Of a stretch of 64,000 bases of DNA, positions 62,169 to 64,000 are shown one piece after another (position 1 is the stretch's first letter; each line of letters begins with the position of its first letter). The notes under the pieces are model-generated. The model had not been told where the DNA came from. It made no database searches and saw nothing but the letters and a program-made list of their open reading frames with translations. The stretch covers positions 160,001-224,000 of the forward strand of contig CAVZRV010000007.1 of assembly GCA_963777605.1 (NCBI GenBank). Direction: 5' to 3'. Source of the stretch: an uncultured Acidobacteriota bacterium (GTDB lineage Bacteria > Acidobacteriota > UBA6911 > RPQK01 > JAPXNP01). Both the position numbers and the translations under genes were made by a program.

Positions 62169-64000
62169 TTACACCGGGTAATCAAGAGCCTCTGGGATCA
62201 TGACCTGAGCAACCGCCGTTGCCGCCCTGTCCTTGGCAAGACGGCTGCCGGTGAGGCAACCGTCCAACTTCATGCGCTTGCGGGCAAAATCCTCGAAGCC
62301 ATCGAATCGGACACAGGGCCCCGCCTTCCTGGGGTGACGTTCCTCATCCACCACGTCGGTGTAGGAGCCGGCGGTACCGGAAATGCCGGGGATCACGCTC
62401 TCAAGAACCTCCAGCTCATCGGTGCGGAAGCAGCCGCCACAATCATCGTCATCCCACGCCGGGTGGCGATTGTAGCCGTATACGAGCTGGCTGCAGATCT
62501 TCCCCACTTCGCCCGCCGCCGACGCAGCCTGTACGTGGCAGAGATCGGTCAAAAACTGAACGTATCCGCCCAGGCCTTCGCTAAGAATCGGGTTGTCCGG
62601 CCCCTTCTGCTCAAGTTCGATTACGTCCAGGATCTGGCATCGGCTGGCCAGGAGCCAGCAGAGCGCATCGGCAAGCGGGAAAGTCACCCCCTGGCGCTGT
62701 CCCCGGTAAAGAAGGTTACCCTCGGCGTCCTTGGCATGCTGAAGGTGATGGAGGGTCCAGATCCAAAGTTCCATCGCCGAAGCCAGGCCACAGGCTCCGG
62801 TCCCGGGACGACGAGCAGCGATTCCGCGCATCTCGCGAATCCACTGTCGGAACCTGGCCAGAAAAAGGTCATTGGTCATGGTGATGGAGAGCTGGCGTCG
62901 CTGGACAGCTTCGGGACCTTCGTAGGTGGCCTCGAGCTGGGCATCCATCCACTTCTGGCCGAGGAATCCAGGGCAGTCTTCTGTGATCCCGTATCCGCCC
63001 ATCAGGCTTACCGCTTCTCTCATCATGTTTGCCCCGTGCCCGGTGTTCCAGAGCTTGCAGGCGGGGCAAAGCACGTTGGCCTCGGCATCCTGGATGTAGT
63101 ACTGGACCAAACGGTCCTCCTCCAACTCCCGAAACCGCACTTCATCGCGCTGTTCGCCGGGAGTCTCCTGAAGCCGCAGGTACTCGATGGCATCCTTTTC
63201 GATCTGGCGGATCGCTTTCAGCTTGTCCCGTCCGGACTTGATTCCCCGATACTCGAAGATCTGGTCCTTTTCCCTTTCCAGCGGATCGACCCGGTCGAAG
63301 AGTCGGGCTGTCTCAAACCCCAGTGAGGCCGCGGCTTCTCCGGTTGCCCACACGTCGATGAGGCGATGAAGGGCGTCTTCCTTCTGCTGGAGCCCGAGGT
63401 CGAATCTGGGCGACCCGGGGGCGGCAAGCTCTCCTCCACGAAAACGCTGCCGCTGGTACCGAATAACCGGCTCAACCGCCGAGAGCAGCTTTGCAGCGGT
63501 CATCAAACCGACTGTGACTCGGGTCCGGCGGAAAACGGCCTCGATAACTTCTCCGTGGCTGTACCGGGGCACGATCACGCCGTCCTCGACTCGATAGCCC
63601 CCGATAATCCGGCTCGCAGGGATCTTCAGGCTGAAGACAGGATCCCGGGTCGACGACAGCTGGTGAACCAGTTTCTTGGTCGGGGCCCCCCGGTCGAAAA
63701 CACCCGGGTCCCCCTCTTCCAGGATGACCATGCAGGAGCCCTTGAATCGTTCGTCGTCGCTGTTGACGGCAGCCGTCACGAACCGGGCAAAATCCATATT
63801 GGTGATGAACCGGCCGCGCTTGTCGACCTGCAGGATCGGCTCTCCACCTTCAGGCCATTCAGCGATCCCGACCTTTCCGCCCAGCATACTGGCATCGACA
63901 CCGACATACGGGAGCGGTTCGGTGAGGCTGAACGCACCACGCCAAACCTCCTGGTCCGATCCCGGCTGAGGAACGGCACGTGCCATGTACGTCGCAACCT
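62169..64000 (-). CDS. large acyl-CoA dehydrogenase family protein (5' end outside the window)
   Basis: AFSLTEP, GRFITN, EAVSLMGGYG, ATYEGPEAVQ; frame open to the window edge. Confidence 0.85.
   Translation of the reverse strand, partial: VATYMARAVPQPGSDQEVWRGAFSLTEPLPYVGVDASMLGGKVGIAEWPEGGEPILQVDKRGRFITNMDFARFVTAAVNSDDERFKGSCMVILEEGDPGVFDRGAPTKKLVHQLSSTRDPVFSLKIPASRIIGGYRVEDGVIVPRYSHGEVIEAVFRRTRVTVGLMTAAKLLSAVEPVIRYQRQRFRGGELAAPGSPRFDLGLQQKEDALHRLIDVWATGEAAASLGFETARLFDRVDPLEREKDQIFEYRGIKSGRDKLKAIRQIEKDAIEYLRLQETPGEQRDEVRFRELEEDRLVQYYIQDAEANVLCPACKLWNTGHGANMMREAVSLMGGYGITEDCPGFLGQKWMDAQLEATYEGPEAVQRRQLSITMTNDLFLARFRQWIREMRGIAARRPGTGACGLASAMELWIWTLHHLQHAKDAEGNLLYRGQRQGVTFPLADALCWLLASRCQILDVIELEQKGPDNPILSEGLGGYVQFLTDLCHVQAASAAGEVGKICSQLVYGYNRHPAWDDDDCGGCFRTDELEVLESVIPGISGTAGSYTDVVDEERHPRKAGPCVRFDGFEDFARKRMKLDGCLTGSRLAKDRAATAVAQVMIPEALDYPV

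Noticed and set aside
1-64000. tRNA, rRNA, prophage or integrase genes
   Set aside because: No tRNA or rRNA signatures, phage structural genes or recombinase motifs were seen

Overview
GC-rich bacterial chromosomal window. Gene content suggests an Acidobacteriota-like organism (inference). Most of it is housekeeping or metabolic: OmpA, PPIase, dgoD, DUF47-Pit, Tat-exported TIM-barrel proteins, CDF, flap endonuclease, ilvD, ychF, MscS, deoC/ROK, DinG-type helicase, TolC, an M16 peptidase pair, fabI, and an atypical ACAD-ETF:QO-ETF cluster. The accessory core lies at about 22-39 kb. It holds three tandem paralogous genes that each fuse an intact PilZ domain (c-di-GMP-binding motifs) to an AraC DNA-binding domain, then a REP-associated tyrosine transposase (RAYT) flanked by REP doublets, then a Tad/Flp pilus locus with many apparent frameshifts. 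The PilZ-AraC triad beside the Tad locus is the best candidate for an undescribed system, a putative c-di-GMP-sensing transcription-factor array. GTAG-type REP hairpins are scattered through the window, show compensatory stem changes and supply the stop codons of three ORFs. Three sigma54 promoter motifs were found. No rRNA, tRNA or CRISPR array was seen. All calls come from reading motifs by eye; no database searches were run.
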